A stretch of DNA of 63,987 bases, filler included, from Octopus bimaculoides (Eukaryota), in assembly GCF_001194135.2 (NCBI RefSeq). It is 4 parts of 3 records of this genome, joined end to end, with 100 filler letters (N's around TTAATTAATTAA, not from the genome) between each part and the next. Parts side by side here need not be neighbours in the genome. Positions count along the whole stretch, not along the records: positions 1 to 21,343 come from NC_068982.1; positions 21,444 to 46,890 come from NC_068982.1; 2 more parts are not named here. One strand, given 5' to 3'. The position numbers were made by a program, and so were the translations under genes. Shown here piece after piece: positions 13,957 through 27,450 of this stretch. Below the pieces are notes generated by a model. That model was not told the origin of the DNA and ran no database searches. It saw only the letters and a program-made list of their open reading frames with translations. Every line of letters starts with the position of its first letter. Within the stretch, counting starts at the first letter, position 1.

Positions 13957-15142
13957 ATTTATCTGTGTTAATTTATGAAGTTGGCCTTGAATGAGTAGAC
14001 TTATTATGAAAGACTTTTCAACTACACCTTTTAACTTCCAGTATCTCAGTTCTTTCTTGGTGAAGTATGCAACGGACTACGTTATCCTATGAATTCTTCT
14101 ATCATTTTTTTTTAACCAAAACAGTGTGAGTTGAGCGGGACTAGGACACTATTTTTAGCTGGTAGAGTAAACCACGTAGAGTTATTCTTGTTGGCTTGTT
14201 TCATCTCCTGATATAAACTTTTGCTACTTGCAATCTTTGCGTAAATCCCCTGGCTATATTTCCTTATGTATGTAGACACACACACACAAATACTCTCTCA
14301 CACACAAACACATAAATATATGTACATATATATATATATATGCATATATACATATATACTATATATACATACACATATAAATGTATATACACACACACAC
14401 AGACACACACACACACACACACATACACACACACACACACACATATATAATATATGCAATATACATATGTGTATTCGCACACAATACACACCGACATAAT
14501 TAACATGCTTAATACTCCCTACATGATTTAATGTTAACGTTAATTCAAGTAATGGCTATGCTAATTTGGTCAGTAAGTCTACTTACTCCACTGAAGACTG
14601 GATTTAAAGGCAGAAATGATTTGCTATTGCTTTCTGTAGTCCCACGTGTTACAGGGTGTATATTTCATACTTTCAAAGTACAGTGATTGCCAAATCTATA
14701 CATATCACAAATGATTCTCTGCTTATATAATATATATATACATATATTAAATAATTGATAGGGAAGACAGAGTGTATTGTAAGCTGAATCTAGCACTACA
14801 ATCGTTTCAGCCTACATCTCCTCTGCTCCCTAGTGGGTGGGGAACGTTATAATGGAATCTAATGCACTCCACAGTGCAGATGAAACCTTATCAGGTTACA
14901 TAATAGGTTACATTGTTATAATGTGTACATTTCGCCACTGTGTGTGGTAGGATGGTGTTAGTGTGATGCATGTGTTTAAAGTAGCTCACATATCAAGGCT
15001 CACTACTACGGTCATACAAAAAACAAGGTCTGGATACTACATTTTAAAGTCTCCTATCTGAAATATAATTTTAAGCATAACCTATACATACATACATACA
15101 TACATACATACATGTATATATATATATTTATATATATATATG

Positions 15143-15202
<60 letters not shown>

Positions 15203-17239
15203 AGCACATGTATATATATTCACGAATATATGTATGCATGTATGTAAGTCTAAATACATACATATATTCGCACATACATAGCTCTATACTAACATATACA
15301 AAGATACATAGTTTATTTAGCCATTTAACAGCAACAGGCTACTAGACCAGTTTCAAATAAACTACTTCACTCTACGTTCGTTTTGAGTACTCATTCATTG
15401 AAACATTGCCCAAATAACGTATATATGTATATTATGTGTGCATCCTTCCGGCGCTCGGCAGCACGCGAGCAAAATTACTATTCTGGACTATGCGTCGGCA
15501 CCACTCGCCCGACTTACTGAAAGGGATTGGTCTACTGGTTTGTATAAAAAGAAAGTATTTATCAACTAATGTGTTATTGAGTTCTCAGTCTTTCAATTCG
15601 TCACTAAAGTATACTTATTTCTAAAGCGGAGAGAACTCAATACGGGTTAATTTATTGTAAGAATTGAAAAGTCTTCATAGTAACCTGTGGTTTAATGCTG
15701 GATGAAATACCTGTCATTTTCCACTCAGACACATTTAGAAGCTAAGAGGCCGTTAAGTTTCTATGGAGCAAGAAGTGAAAGAAACGGTTCATGTATAGCT
15801 CGTGCCAGTGGAGAACCATTTTGTATGAGAAGAAATAGTTTAAGTGCATTGAAAAGCAAGTATTATATGCTGAAAATTTACTCAGCCATTGAAGATCTCT
15901 GTTGTTATAATAATGTTTTTAAATAAGTAATGAGAGAAAATGTGTATCGCTGAACACTGTTCTATGCAGAAAACAAGAGGAAAAGAGGCCACGATTAACG
16001 AAATATCAACTTAATTGACATTTCAAGCTGAAACCTGCCCCGTAGTAATTATAGTGAGACCATGTCTAGTGATGTGCATATAACTAATTTTTAAGCCAAC
16101 AGGAAAAAAATTATGACAGCATTGCGGATATTAATGACACACGCTATTTAAATAGGTGTAATTGCACATTTATATATACTAGGGAGCAACACGCAGGCTC
16201 CATGGTTGGGCATTAAACAAAGTATCGAATAGAGTAACTCGCAAAAAATTCGGTCAGCGTTTTGTTTGATACTTAGCTCATCACGACAAGAGAAAGACGC
16301 CGCACTTAACAGTTATAAACAGCAGTCGCCTAAGCACTAAAGCTGGCAAAGAAGTGCTGAAACAAATAACAATTCTGTCATACACCGTAGAAATGAAATT
16401 TACGCTTAATCGAAAAATCGAAGATGACGAGTGTACATATGAATTCTTTTGTGTAAATAACCGTTAATGATTAACGTTTTATAAATGCCCAGTTTCATGG
16501 AGAAAGGGGCTGATAAATATTTTAATTCGATCTTATAATATAATCAATGTTGCAAATCTTTTTATATATAAATGCCTCCGTGTACAAATTGCTCTCTACT
16601 GTAAACAAATTATCAACAAGGGAGGTAATTAAATAGGAGCACACATTTCTACATACCAGAGAACAAAACTATTTAATTAGGCATTGAACAAAATGCTTAA
16701 TATCCATTATGTGTGTGTGTATGTGTGTGCGTATGTGTGTGTGTGCGCATGTATGTGTACGTATGTATGTATGTTGTTCTCTTTCATTCTTAATTAATTG
16801 AATTCTTTCTGTAAGGAAGGGGCTAACTTCTAACAAAGATACAAGGCCCCATCATTGGAATGTAGATAACAAAAAAAACAATGTCACGTGTTGAACTTAA
16901 GAACAATTTCGCATATTTTTGCTATTTCACTTACAAACTGTATTTGCAATGTGCGTGATCGCTGATTGATTACTTCTTTTTCTTAAAACCCTAGCTTTTT
17001 CAGATTGTCTCTTAAGCATTTATTAACAAAAACCAAGTGCACCAATTATTATCGGCATACATATGAATTTATAAGATTAGTATATAATAATATAGCTATA
17101 CATACATGCGTACGTTCATACGTATGTACGTTTTTTTCTTTCGCTTTTTAATTTGGAGTAAATTTTATCGGACACCTACTTGGTAGCAAGGTTGTGAAAG
17201 AAAACATCTTGTTTTAACTGTCATCATTTAAGTAAAGTC

Positions 17240-17639
17240 TTACTCTTTTACTCATTTACTCATTTCAGTCATTTGACTGTGGTCATGCTGGAGCACCACC
17301 TTTAGTCGAGCAAATCGACCCCAGGACCTATTCTTTGTAAGCCTGGTACTTATTCTATCGTTCTCTTTTGCTGAACCGCTAAGTTACGGGGACATAAACA
17401 CACCAGCATTGGTTGTCAAGCGATGTTGGTGGGGGGGGGGGGACAAACACAGGCACACAAACATATACACACACATACATATATATACATATATACGACG
17501 GGCTTCTTTCAGTTTCCGTCTACCAAATCCACTCACAAGGCTTTAGAAGACACTTGCCCAAGGTACTACGCAGTGGGACTGAACCCGGAATCATGTGGTT
17601 GGTAAGCAAGCTACTTACCACACAGCCACTCCTACACCT
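17240..17639 (-). mobile_element. Long tRNA-derived SINE (family B) with internal TA/TG microsatellite
   Basis: Reverse complement of GTGGCTGTGTGGTAAGTAGCTTGCTTACCAACCACATG...GGGTTCAGTCCCAC head, CORE/V-like CCTTGGGCAAGTGTCTTCT segment, (AAAAGAGT)n tail. Confidence 0.88.
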
Positions 17640-18373
17640 TGAAGATTTTTATAGTCCTAGATATAGTGATCCTTTATAGAGTATAAATTAAGGATTTAAA
17701 TGATTCTCTCCCCAAGATCTCAAGTTTAGCCGTACCTTGCTCCAGACGGGCTGGCATGTATCCTGTTAGCCAATAACAAAAGGTATAAAGCAGAAAGTGC
17801 ATGTTGGGTACTAGATTTGTAAATTCCTTATTAATGGTTCACAGATGTCTCCTTTCTTTGTATGTATGTATGTATGTATGTATGTATGTATGTATGTATG
17901 TATGTATATATGCATGTATGTGTATATGTATGTTGTATGCATGCATGCATACATGTATGTATGTATGTATGTATGTATGTATGTATGTATGTATGAATTG
18001 AATAATACCTCGGAGTATTCCTTAAGAAGCACTCAATACCTTCTCTTGTCTAACCACATCAAATATTGATGATTATGTGTGATAAATTACACAACACCTG
18101 TATATACTTAACCATGGTTGAACAACACGAGTGGGCCCTTAATGTGTAATATCGAAATTCGGTAAGCGTCTGAGTAAGTGTCATTCCGCCCCATTCACCC
18201 ATGGGTAAATTTATACGGGTCTTGTGTAATTTATTGTATTTAATTATCGGTATGCCATGTAGTTCAAAGCAAAATTGGTACTGAAGGAATTGAAAGCAAT
18301 ACTAATTTTATGCTGTATTGATATCTTCATCTTTTTTGTATGATATGGTACGCGCGCGCGCGTGTATAATACC

Positions 18374-18493
<120 letters not shown>

Positions 18494-18544
18494 GCATACA
18501 CACACACATATAGATAGATAGATAGATAGATGTCACAATGCAAT

Positions 18545-20236
18545 TGTAAAATATATACGAATACATATGAAAATGGGGAAATTGTAAACCAGACTAGCAA
18601 CATCTTCATCAATGACTTGACTGCTTCCCCTATATCTGACAAGGAATGTTACACGTATCTAGGGGGGGGGGATGAAAACATTTTACAATGGCACCTGTAA
18701 CAAAACACGTGTCAATAAAGAATATTACAGCTGAATAAAGAAAATTTGGCCCTCAGAACTCTGCATTCAAGAAAAAAAAAGTGGCACACAATGTACTTGC
18801 ATTACCAGTACTCATACCAACATTTGGGATGCTTGATTGGACGCTTGATGAGATCCGAGCTATTGATGGGAAAAACCAAAGAATACTAACAATCACACAT
18901 AATTTCCACATAAGACCGCCTTTACCTAATACGAAAAGAAGACGGCAGAGGCTTAACATCGACCCAAAATACCTTTGAATGTTAAATCATATCCCTTCAG
19001 CAATACCTTTTAACCACCAAGCGTCGAAGAGCATCTCTTGACCAAGTCTGAATACATGAAGCTGATAACATCATAAGACTTGGAAGGCAGCTCCTCGAGC
19101 AATGTTCCTTGTCTAATAACCTTAAATACATGCCCAAAGTAGTCGCACGACTCTACCGCTAAGTATCATCAGATGAAAGGATGAGCATATATGAGCAGAA
19201 GACTATACATGGATATATTAGTAGAAAGCTCAGAGATGATAGTAACATTGATCAACAAAGTAGTCTATCATGGACCAATAGTCGGATTACTATCTCCCAC
19301 TTTGACGAGTATGCGTTTGCAATCCAGGAACAGGAAATATCAACCAATACTTGAAGCACGAAAGGTACAGAGATGCAGGACAAACAGTAAAATATAACAA
19401 CCGATGCAGATTTTGCGGAGTTAACACTTACGATATTATCTATATCATAAGCAGTTGTCCGAAAATGCTATCACGGTATTATCTATCGATGAGACATGAT
19501 GTTGTAGCTAGCACACTTTATGATGAAATTCGCCGGAAGGATAACCCGGAGGGCAAAGAAATAAGAACCCAGAGTATGGTAGAAGCTATAGCCATTCATA
19601 ATATAAAGGAGTACTAGTGAAATGCCCAGTGAAAACCACAATAATATTTAAGCATAACAGCCCTGATATAATGACTTGGGATAGAGAAGAGAGACAGTGT
19701 GCAGTTGTGGAAATTAGCTGTCCAGCGAATGTTAACATAAAGCTGAAGATCAGGGAAAAAGAGAATACCTACGTTGAACTATTGAGGAATCTGTAGTTAC
19801 ACTATCTAGATTACAAGTTCAGGTTTATACCTGTAATTATTGGGGCCCTGTGATATATAACACACTGCCTAAATTCCAATCTTGAGAAATTAGGATACTC
19901 AAAACCAGAAAGGGGAAAGCTAAATTCGAACACTACAGATCCAATCCATCACTGGAACTGTAAAAATCTGTAAAACTTTCCAGAAGTTTATCATTTGAAT
20001 ATATATGAGCATATCTAGATATGCAACTATATGCATGAAAATACATACATAAAACAAAACATACAGATCTGCATACATACATACATATATACATACCTAC
20101 ATACATACATACAAACAAACAAACAAACAAAAATACCCTGTTCTTGATGTTGAAATTCCAATGAAGGAGCCTTGGATCTAGGTTAGAAACCAGCTCTTTT
20201 TCTATTGGCAAGAAATCTTGAAATAAAACTGAATAA
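18545..20236 (+). mobile_element. Degenerate 5'-truncated R4-clade non-LTR retrotransposon (RT thumb, CCHC knuckle, restriction-like endonuclease)
   Basis: Fragments ALPVLIPTFGMLDWTLDEIRAID, CRFCGVNT..IISSCPKM...RHDVVA, HNSPDIMTWD...VVEISCP, FIPVIIGAL, TGTVKICKTFQKFII* (stop 19996-19998); frameshifts and stops; 3' end followed by (CATA)n. Confidence 0.88.
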
Positions 20237-21387
20237 CATACATACATACATACACATATATACATACACACACTCACACATAAATATATATACATATATA
20301 CATACATAGATGCATATGCATATATATACATACACACACAAATGCACACACATATATACATACACACACACATACATACATACATACATACATACATACA
20401 TACACACACATACAATACATATATGCATGCACACGCACACACATACACATTCATATGCACGCACACAGAAAGAGGAAGGTGAGAGAGAGAGAGATAGAGA
20501 GAGGAGCGAGAGAGATAGAGAGAGGAGCGAGAGAGACTTAGTGAAATCAATCCCGAGCACTTGGCTGGTATTTTATTTTATCGATTTGGAAACGATGGAA
20601 GATAAAATTAATTTAATTTCTATTGTCGCAACGATATTAATGACAATTTCACACCCACAACAATCAAGACAAAGAAAGACAACCACATTGATGACGACGA
20701 TGCATGATCACTGGACCTGTTAGAAAGAGGAGGCAATTGTTCCTTAATTCAAACCCTACTCTCGTAGAAAAAGACATATAGTGAAATACAGTCTGAGGTT
20801 ACTAGCACATCTCAGTGAAATGGTCAGTGCTGGAGTACAATTGATCATACGGCGGCTTGACCTTGGGTAACCTAGTAAGAACAACATCAAGAACAAAATG
20901 AACAGCAACGAAATTTTAAAAAAAGCAAAAATAGCAAAAAAAAACAAACAAGCATCGCATTTATCTTTTAAACGTGGGGAATCTATTTGAGTTCTCATCG
21001 TGCTAGAAATAGCTGTTAAATTCCTCTGAAATCACACCTTACCATATTAAATAAAGGTAATGTGGTCCTAAATACTCTAATTAGGACCACATTATCAAGT
21101 GGTCCTAAATAGAGTGGTCCTAATAAAGTAAGACGATCTACTCGATGTAGTTGATCAAAGGATAAACAATTACAACAAATACATGAAAATTAGTAGTGAT
21201 ACAAGATGCCAGGAGAACAAGAGTAATAACAAAGTACGGCAACAGCAATAATGGTAACAATACAAAGTACCACAAGAGTGAAAAGAGTACAAAAAGTACC
21301 TGCAGCAGTAGCAACAGTAGCAACACCACCGTCAGCATCATCGNNNNNNNNNNNNNNNNNNNNNNNNNNNNNNNNNNNNNNNNNNNN

Positions 21388-21399
21388 TTAATTAATTAA
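21388..21399. other. Artificial scaffold linker TTAATTAATTAA
   Basis: 44 N + 12 bp + 44 N = 100-bp gap; identical layout at 46935-46946 and 62924-62935. Confidence 0.95.
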
Positions 21400-21445
21400 N
21401 NNNNNNNNNNNNNNNNNNNNNNNNNNNNNNNNNNNNNNNNNNNCC

Positions 21446-21868
21446 AAAATAACAGATGCAAAAGTAAAAAAATGTGGTCGTCCAAATTGCGCAACATGCC
21501 CAAACATTCTAGAAGGTTCAGAATTCCTCTTCAAAGAGGGAGAAAAATTCAAAGTTAAATCTGGCTTTACTTGTGCCTCCGAAAACCTTATTTATGTAAT
21601 AAGATGCTCGGGCTGCCACGAAAACTACATAGGGTCCACAGAATTATCGCTCAGACGCAGATGCACTCTGCATCGACAGCAGATTGCATGCCCAGAATAC
21701 CGAATGATACCTCTTAGTGGGCATATTGAGAAATGCGCAAAACAAATGCTACCACAATTTATAATCTTTCCTTTCTATCAATGTGCCATTAGAACACCAA
21801 CACAGATTAGATTAAATAAGGAAACCTTTGTCATTCAAAAATACAAACCCAAACTTAACCATTACTAA
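21446..21868 (+). CDS. Penelope-like element GIY-YIG endonuclease domain (open frame, 5' part lost in gap)
   Basis: 141 codons including the stop: KCGRPNCATC...FTCASENLIYVIRCSGCHENYIGSTELSLRRRCTLH...KETFVIQKYKPKLNHY*. It has the LIY-x-YIG motifs and Cys linker typical of Penelope/Neptune endonucleases. Confidence 0.92.
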   Translation, partial: KITDAKVKKCGRPNCATCPNILEGSEFLFKEGEKFKVKSGFTCASENLIYVIRCSGCHENYIGSTELSLRRRCTLHRQQIACPEYRMIPLSGHIEKCAKQMLPQFIIFPFYQCAIRTPTQIRLNKETFVIQKYKPKLNHY

Positions 21869-22062
21869 TACATTTAAATAAGGAAATTCATCACCCCACT
21901 GAGAGGGGAAAAAATATAGAACAAAACCATGGTAAATTAATCAAATTCTACCACCTCCTAGATTTCGATTATCTCCCTTATACCGGAAGAAATCCCTAAT
22001 TACCTCCCCCTATCTAGAACTCTTCTTTTCAGACTGGAGCGAACACATGTTACAATGAAGTA

Positions 22063-22101
22063 GAGAAATTTGAAAAGACAACACGAAACCGGTTATTTCT
22101 C
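22063..22101 (+). ncRNA. Degenerate minimal hammerhead ribozyme in the Penelope 3' region
   Basis: GAGAAAT/ATTTCTC stem I, core TTGAAAA in place of CTGANGA, GAAA-CCGG-TT with palindromic stem III; about 200 bp downstream of the GIY-YIG stop. Confidence 0.55.
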
Positions 22102-22210
22102 CAAATACAATGTTTATATACCAAAAAAATTTTATAACATTTTTCTGACATAATTTAAATATATACTTTAACCATGTAATACAAGTCTTCTGTAGTTTTT
22201 TCACTCTTAT

Positions 22211-22250
<40 letters not shown>

Positions 22251-22431
22251 CAATAAGAAAATGGAGGGGAATATGAGATACTCATCAACTTGCAGATACT
22301 GTATTCCATTGATTAATCTGTTTATTTTATAGCTAAATTGACAAAAAACACAATATACAGACACTTATGACATACCATGTCATATCAACAATTAATTAAG
22401 ATTTCAAATTTAAAGGACATTTAGCAATTGG

Positions 22432-22688
22432 AGAAGACCTCTTTCGGTCATCAATGACCATGGGATTATACCTAGAAAGTTCCACTCCGAGCACAAATCA
22501 GGGAAAGGTTGTTTATGGAAGATCAGAAGTCGCCAATGCATACCAGACTCCCCTCTCCACACCACCGATGTCATTCAAGGGAAAGGCAAAGGCCGATACA
22601 GATTGGCACCGGTGACGTCACAACTCATTTCTACAGTTCAGTGAACTGGTGCAACGTGAAATAATGTCTTGCTCAAGAACACAACACA
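22432..22688 (-). mobile_element. SINE family D fragment
   Basis: Reverse complement carries GTGTTCTTGAGCAAGACA...TTTCACGTTGCACCAGTTCAC, matching the body of the tRNA-headed copy at 38474-38595. Confidence 0.65.
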
Positions 22689-23329
22689 CATACAGATGCA
22701 CGCACGCGCACACACATACATCCATCATGAACTAGGACCCCAAACTCCCTACTAAAAACTACGTAGAAAACAAAACAATACACTTCACATCCTAACACAA
22801 ACTACAGTCACTGACCTCGTACCTAGTAATACAGAAATATAAAGAAATAATGAACATGCAAGGGACACGTTTTATTGATGCAGTAAGCTTCAGCTTCCAC
22901 AGTCTATAACACTACGGGTACATTACAACACCCTCAGAGCCATACTACAACAACATCCTAAAAACCCTAAACGCACAGAAGTAACTGCAACATCAATAGC
23001 CTCACCGGTCCGCAAACACAGATGGGTGGCTCAACACCAACAAACAAAAAGTGCAGATGAGCAGTAGCTGTCACTCGCTGACTGAGTACACTTCACTCAC
23101 TTTCGTTGTGGCTGCCACCAGAAACAACAGGTACACAGACATAGACTTTGAAGAAATGGACTGCGAAGAAAATGCGATATGTCTAGAGTGTCATATTACA
23201 GGTTATGTTATTTGTCATTGCATGATCGAGCGTGAGTTATCAGTTAAGCTAGGGAGCTCGGAAATCACTGACAATAAACCTGTGAAAAGACGATCAAAGA
23301 AAGCTTTAAAAATCTGTATTCAGTAGAAT

Positions 23330-24460
23330 CAAGTCTGGAATATATGGAGTTGACTTTGACTACTAGGTATCACGACAGTACACCGAATATATGATTTGGA
23401 AAAGGTGCCTGCCATACCCAAAATATTTCTTCAATGATTTTAATGGACGAAAATTTCCAGTGTCTGTAATCTAAACTGGAACACCAAAAATGAAAGTGAG
23501 AACCGATAATCACCTATGGAAAGCAGTCCTTGTATTGTCTACATTGGTGGGATTCTCTGTTATACAATGAGATCACTGCAAAGCCAAAGTCGATCATGGT
23601 ATCCAAACAAGGCCGCAATATTTAGCATGTTTCCTGAACATGAAAATTGTATGACACTAAGCAACTATTTTAGGACGCGTGCTGTAGAATATGATTGATG
23701 AAGTAATTTTTCGTGTACGAAGAAGACTTTCTTCTTGTTACAAATTTGTAAAATTTATAATGGGAGTTTCTTGGAGACCACGGAACTTTTGGGCCATTAC
23801 GATCCTTTTTAGCTAAATATGTTTGCAAAGATTAGATATTCACAGGAAAAAAGTGAACTGCTTCATCTTCATTCTCCCAGGATAATCTTCGGTTGAATTT
23901 ATTAATAACTGCACAAATTATGTTCGGAATTACGTTTGGGTTACATAAGAGCTGTGTAACATTATTCAGTTATTGTTGACACAATGCAGGATTCCATATT
24001 TTTGACTAGCCAAAGATGATACCGAATTGGCAAATGAAGAAATATTTTTAATCTTCGTTGATTGTAGTAAGAAGTGGGTAGAATTAGTAAGCTTAACTCC
24101 AGAAGCATTCAAATATTTTAGGATACTTATTCAAGATTGCTGCAGACAGATATAAAAATGCTGCTATTATATCTGGTCAGTACAATGATCCCCAACGACA
24201 CATACCATCAAATACATAGAGCATTTTTCTCTGCGTACCTGCCATTCTCTAAACTTATATGATATTGATTCTGCAGGATATTGCACAGAGGTAGAGCAAA
24301 CAATATACAATTTTCTTTTTTATTCGTCAGCGCTGGGTTATTCTCGAGGATTGTGAGAGTGAATCCACCCACGCTTTGTCAGATACCTGGTGGATAGACA
24401 AGCGTCATACCATTTTGCACTCAACTCAACTTGCACTCAAGACACTTCTGTTTCTCAACC
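23330..24460 (+). pseudogene. Degenerate hAT-superfamily transposase (ZMYM1/Zaphod-like)
   Basis: Ordered motifs GSFLETTELLGHYDPF (23762-23809), CHSLNL (about 24239-24256) and HALSDTWW (about 24370-24393), corresponding to hAT GNFLEL..LA.YDP, C.AHSLNL and LS.TRW. Confidence 0.7.
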
Positions 24461-25379
24461 ACACGTCAAAAACTGTTAATAAAGTTAATGGTGTAATGAA
24501 ATACATGTGAACCTTCATTTGTATCCTTACCCCGTTATGACTGAAGATTCTTCCACTAATCGACAACAGAAATTTCGACAGCTCTCTGGTCGTACCCAGT
24601 ACAAAACAACACCTCCCAAAATTGTATCTCCAAGCATTGTTTGTTTACTTGCCGGTTATTTTATTTTCAACTCACACCAATCTTACAGGCGAAGTCACAT
24701 ATGGTAAACTGTTACTACCCGTTAAACAAGGCTGTTGTCTAGACTAAATTACTTGTTTAAGTGTGTCACTAAGATACTTGGGTATTCACCTGTTTAAAAT
24801 ACATGGGAGTGAATATATGAAGATTGAATAACATAATGACAATTTACACTTGTTCAAAGTCTACTTATAATAGTGAAGGCTTAATATCGCACTTCAAGAA
24901 TCTCCCCAAATACCTTACTAGCTCTCTCGATCTTAAGAACACGTAACGAAACGGACTGTTAATTTTTTATTTGCTTTTCTACTGCAATACGTTATCTCAG
25001 CATTCCAATGTTTAATCCAAGTATGAACTAAATCTCCCATTTATTACTAGAGTATATTGTAAGCGTATCAGAGAAAATTAAGCTACCGACAAATAAGCCA
25101 ACAAACTGGTTTCGATAGTGATTGAAGCCAACACTCTTCTCTTTAAGCCGTTATCAGAGTTTATTCTCCTGCCTTAAATTTGTGACTTTACACCAAAATA
25201 AAAATTCCAAAAATTAATATTTTATCACAGTGTACCAGGTTGGGTTAAAAGTTTTTCCGTATTTCAAGCTTTAATTATTCGTTCAAACAGATTATATACA
25301 AAAAAGCATTTATTCATCAAAATATATCCCATCATATTCTATTATATGTTGCCATCGTTGTGCCAGAAGCATGTAACTT

Positions 25380-25555
25380 GGGGGAGGGGCTGGTCGATTT
25401 TATCGATCCCAGTGTTTAACTGGTATTTATCTAATAGACACGAAACAATGAAAGGCAAAACCAGCCACGTCAGAATTTGAGCTCTGAGCGTAAAGCCAGA
25501 TAAAATACTGCTAAGTATTTTGACCGGCGTGCTAGCAATTCTGCTAGCTCCCTGC
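25380..25555 (-). mobile_element. SINE family A copy (old)
   Basis: Reverse complement of head and core, decayed. Confidence 0.7.
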
Positions 25556-26049
25556 TTTAAAATAGGAACTAACTCTACGCCATCAAAAGTTCATATAATC
25601 TCCGATTTTCTGTCTTCTATAAATATGTAGCATTGTATCTATCTCAGAAACCGATATTTTACGAGACAATTCTTTTGTATATTATTTCTGTAACCATACA
25701 TTTCTGAGTTCATAGCCTGCCAGAATAAACTTTGTATTACATATTTCCTGAGTCTATAAAATACTTACACTTCTTTGTTAGGGAAAGGAGGAATCTGATG
25801 ACTTTGAAACAGATAACGTTCTTTTTGAACACTGCAGGTCGATGACTGCAGGAAAAAAATCCTGTGAAGGGAGGGAGTTCCAGAAAAATAATGTTCACGA
25901 AGATAGTCTGGGAAAAGTGGTTACTGAAAGGAAATTAGTGCGTCTGCAAGTTACTGCAGTTAAAACTCCCACAAAAATGCTTTCACTAGGTTAACACCAA
26001 ACAATATCGCATTAAATGCTTTTTACTTCTTTATTCGAAATCACCTCAA

Positions 26050-27450
26050 ACAAAACCCATAGGCTACTTCTTGTCAAAGGGTTAGGAACATAGAAAAGTT
26101 TCAGAATTGTAATATTTTGTCGATGACAGGGTTAATATAGCGACCAACAGAGCTTAACACCAAGTAGACTACACATTCGATTCTGCACTCTGTCAAGGGT
26201 ACACAGAAATGTTTGGAGGAACCTGTTCAAATATATAAGCAGTGTTCCAGTTTTGGGTGGATCAGGCTCTTGTAGAATTAGCATAGAATTTCAGGTGTTA
26301 GGAATATTTTTGTAGGACGAGCCCATCATTCTAGCAGCCACTCTGGTGTGGAAATTTCAGACTGAACAAAAAGACTCCTTCAAAGTAGTCCTAACCATCA
26401 AAATAGGCGGAAGGTCAAGAATTTCACAAAGATAGCAAAGAGAAACACGGTTGATCTTGGAAGCATTAAATGTAAGAAGCCATTTGTTACCCCATTGCAC
26501 AATCCCAATGAGGTCATGATCTGATTATGGAGGAAAAAACTCTTCCAGGTATACCATAGCTGGTCAGTTTATGTCGTTTGGAGATGTCTAAGTCTATAAC
26601 ACGGGCATCAAAGTTGTTATCCAGTGTAGTATTCTGCGAGTGACGACTGTATTTGCAATGGACCTGGAAGATTGAAAACTCTCTCAAGAGATTGAATTTA
26701 TTCCAGTGATTAATGACGTTCTTTTTAATGATAAATTCAAACAACTTGCTTTTGATGCCCTGTAGGCTAATTGGCCGATACTGAGATGGGAAAGAAAAAT
26801 AACTGAGCTCATTAAAACTGGGCAAATCACAAAGTCTTAAGACAACGATTGAATAACTTTCTACAATTGGGAATATCTCAAGGGATGTACGTTTGAAATT
26901 TGGGGTGACTGCTGGTGCTGCCGCCTACGGTTACTTTCAGAGTAAGAGGCAGACAGAAAGAGAGTTTACTAAGAAATACAAGGGAGGGAGAAATTTCAAG
27001 GGATATACTTATCTACAAAATGATTGGAGTTTGGTTTGAGCTGATTGCATTTGACAGATGAAGATTATTCATAAGTTTCAAAATTTGCACATTCAGAAAT
27101 GAGAAAAAATACGAAATGGGAAAGGCCGGCAAAAGGTTAGAGTCATCCTGCAAGGAATTTGAAACAAAGTTCTTATCAAATGGCTTGATTTTCTGTGAGG
27201 AAGAAGATTATTTATAAGATTATTTAAAATCTATTGATGATTGTAGAAACAGGAAACTTTCCACGGTTAAAAATTCAATTGGTTGTTCTCCAGAATTCAC
27301 ATGAGCCGAGCCTCTGTTGATTAATTCTTGTTTAGACAGATTCAATATAGCCAGTGACAGCGTCCTACTCTTTAGATAGGCAAAGAAAAAACTACTTTTT
27401 GAGCGTTGGCGTACTCTACACTACTCTTATGCCGAATTAGATTTAGCACA
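26050..27450 (-). pseudogene. Degenerate CR1/Jockey-group LINE reverse transcriptase
   Basis: Minus-strand fragments LGSCEFWRTTN.IFNRGK, KLFNRCLK, QYRPISLQGIKSKLFE, DLDISK...HKLTSYGIPG, LIHPKLEHC, DRVQNR in the expected order. Confidence 0.75.

Noticed and set aside
15436-15540. CpG-rich patch as a possible promoter
   Set aside because: It is only about 100 bp with no linked gene or recognisable core promoter arrangement.
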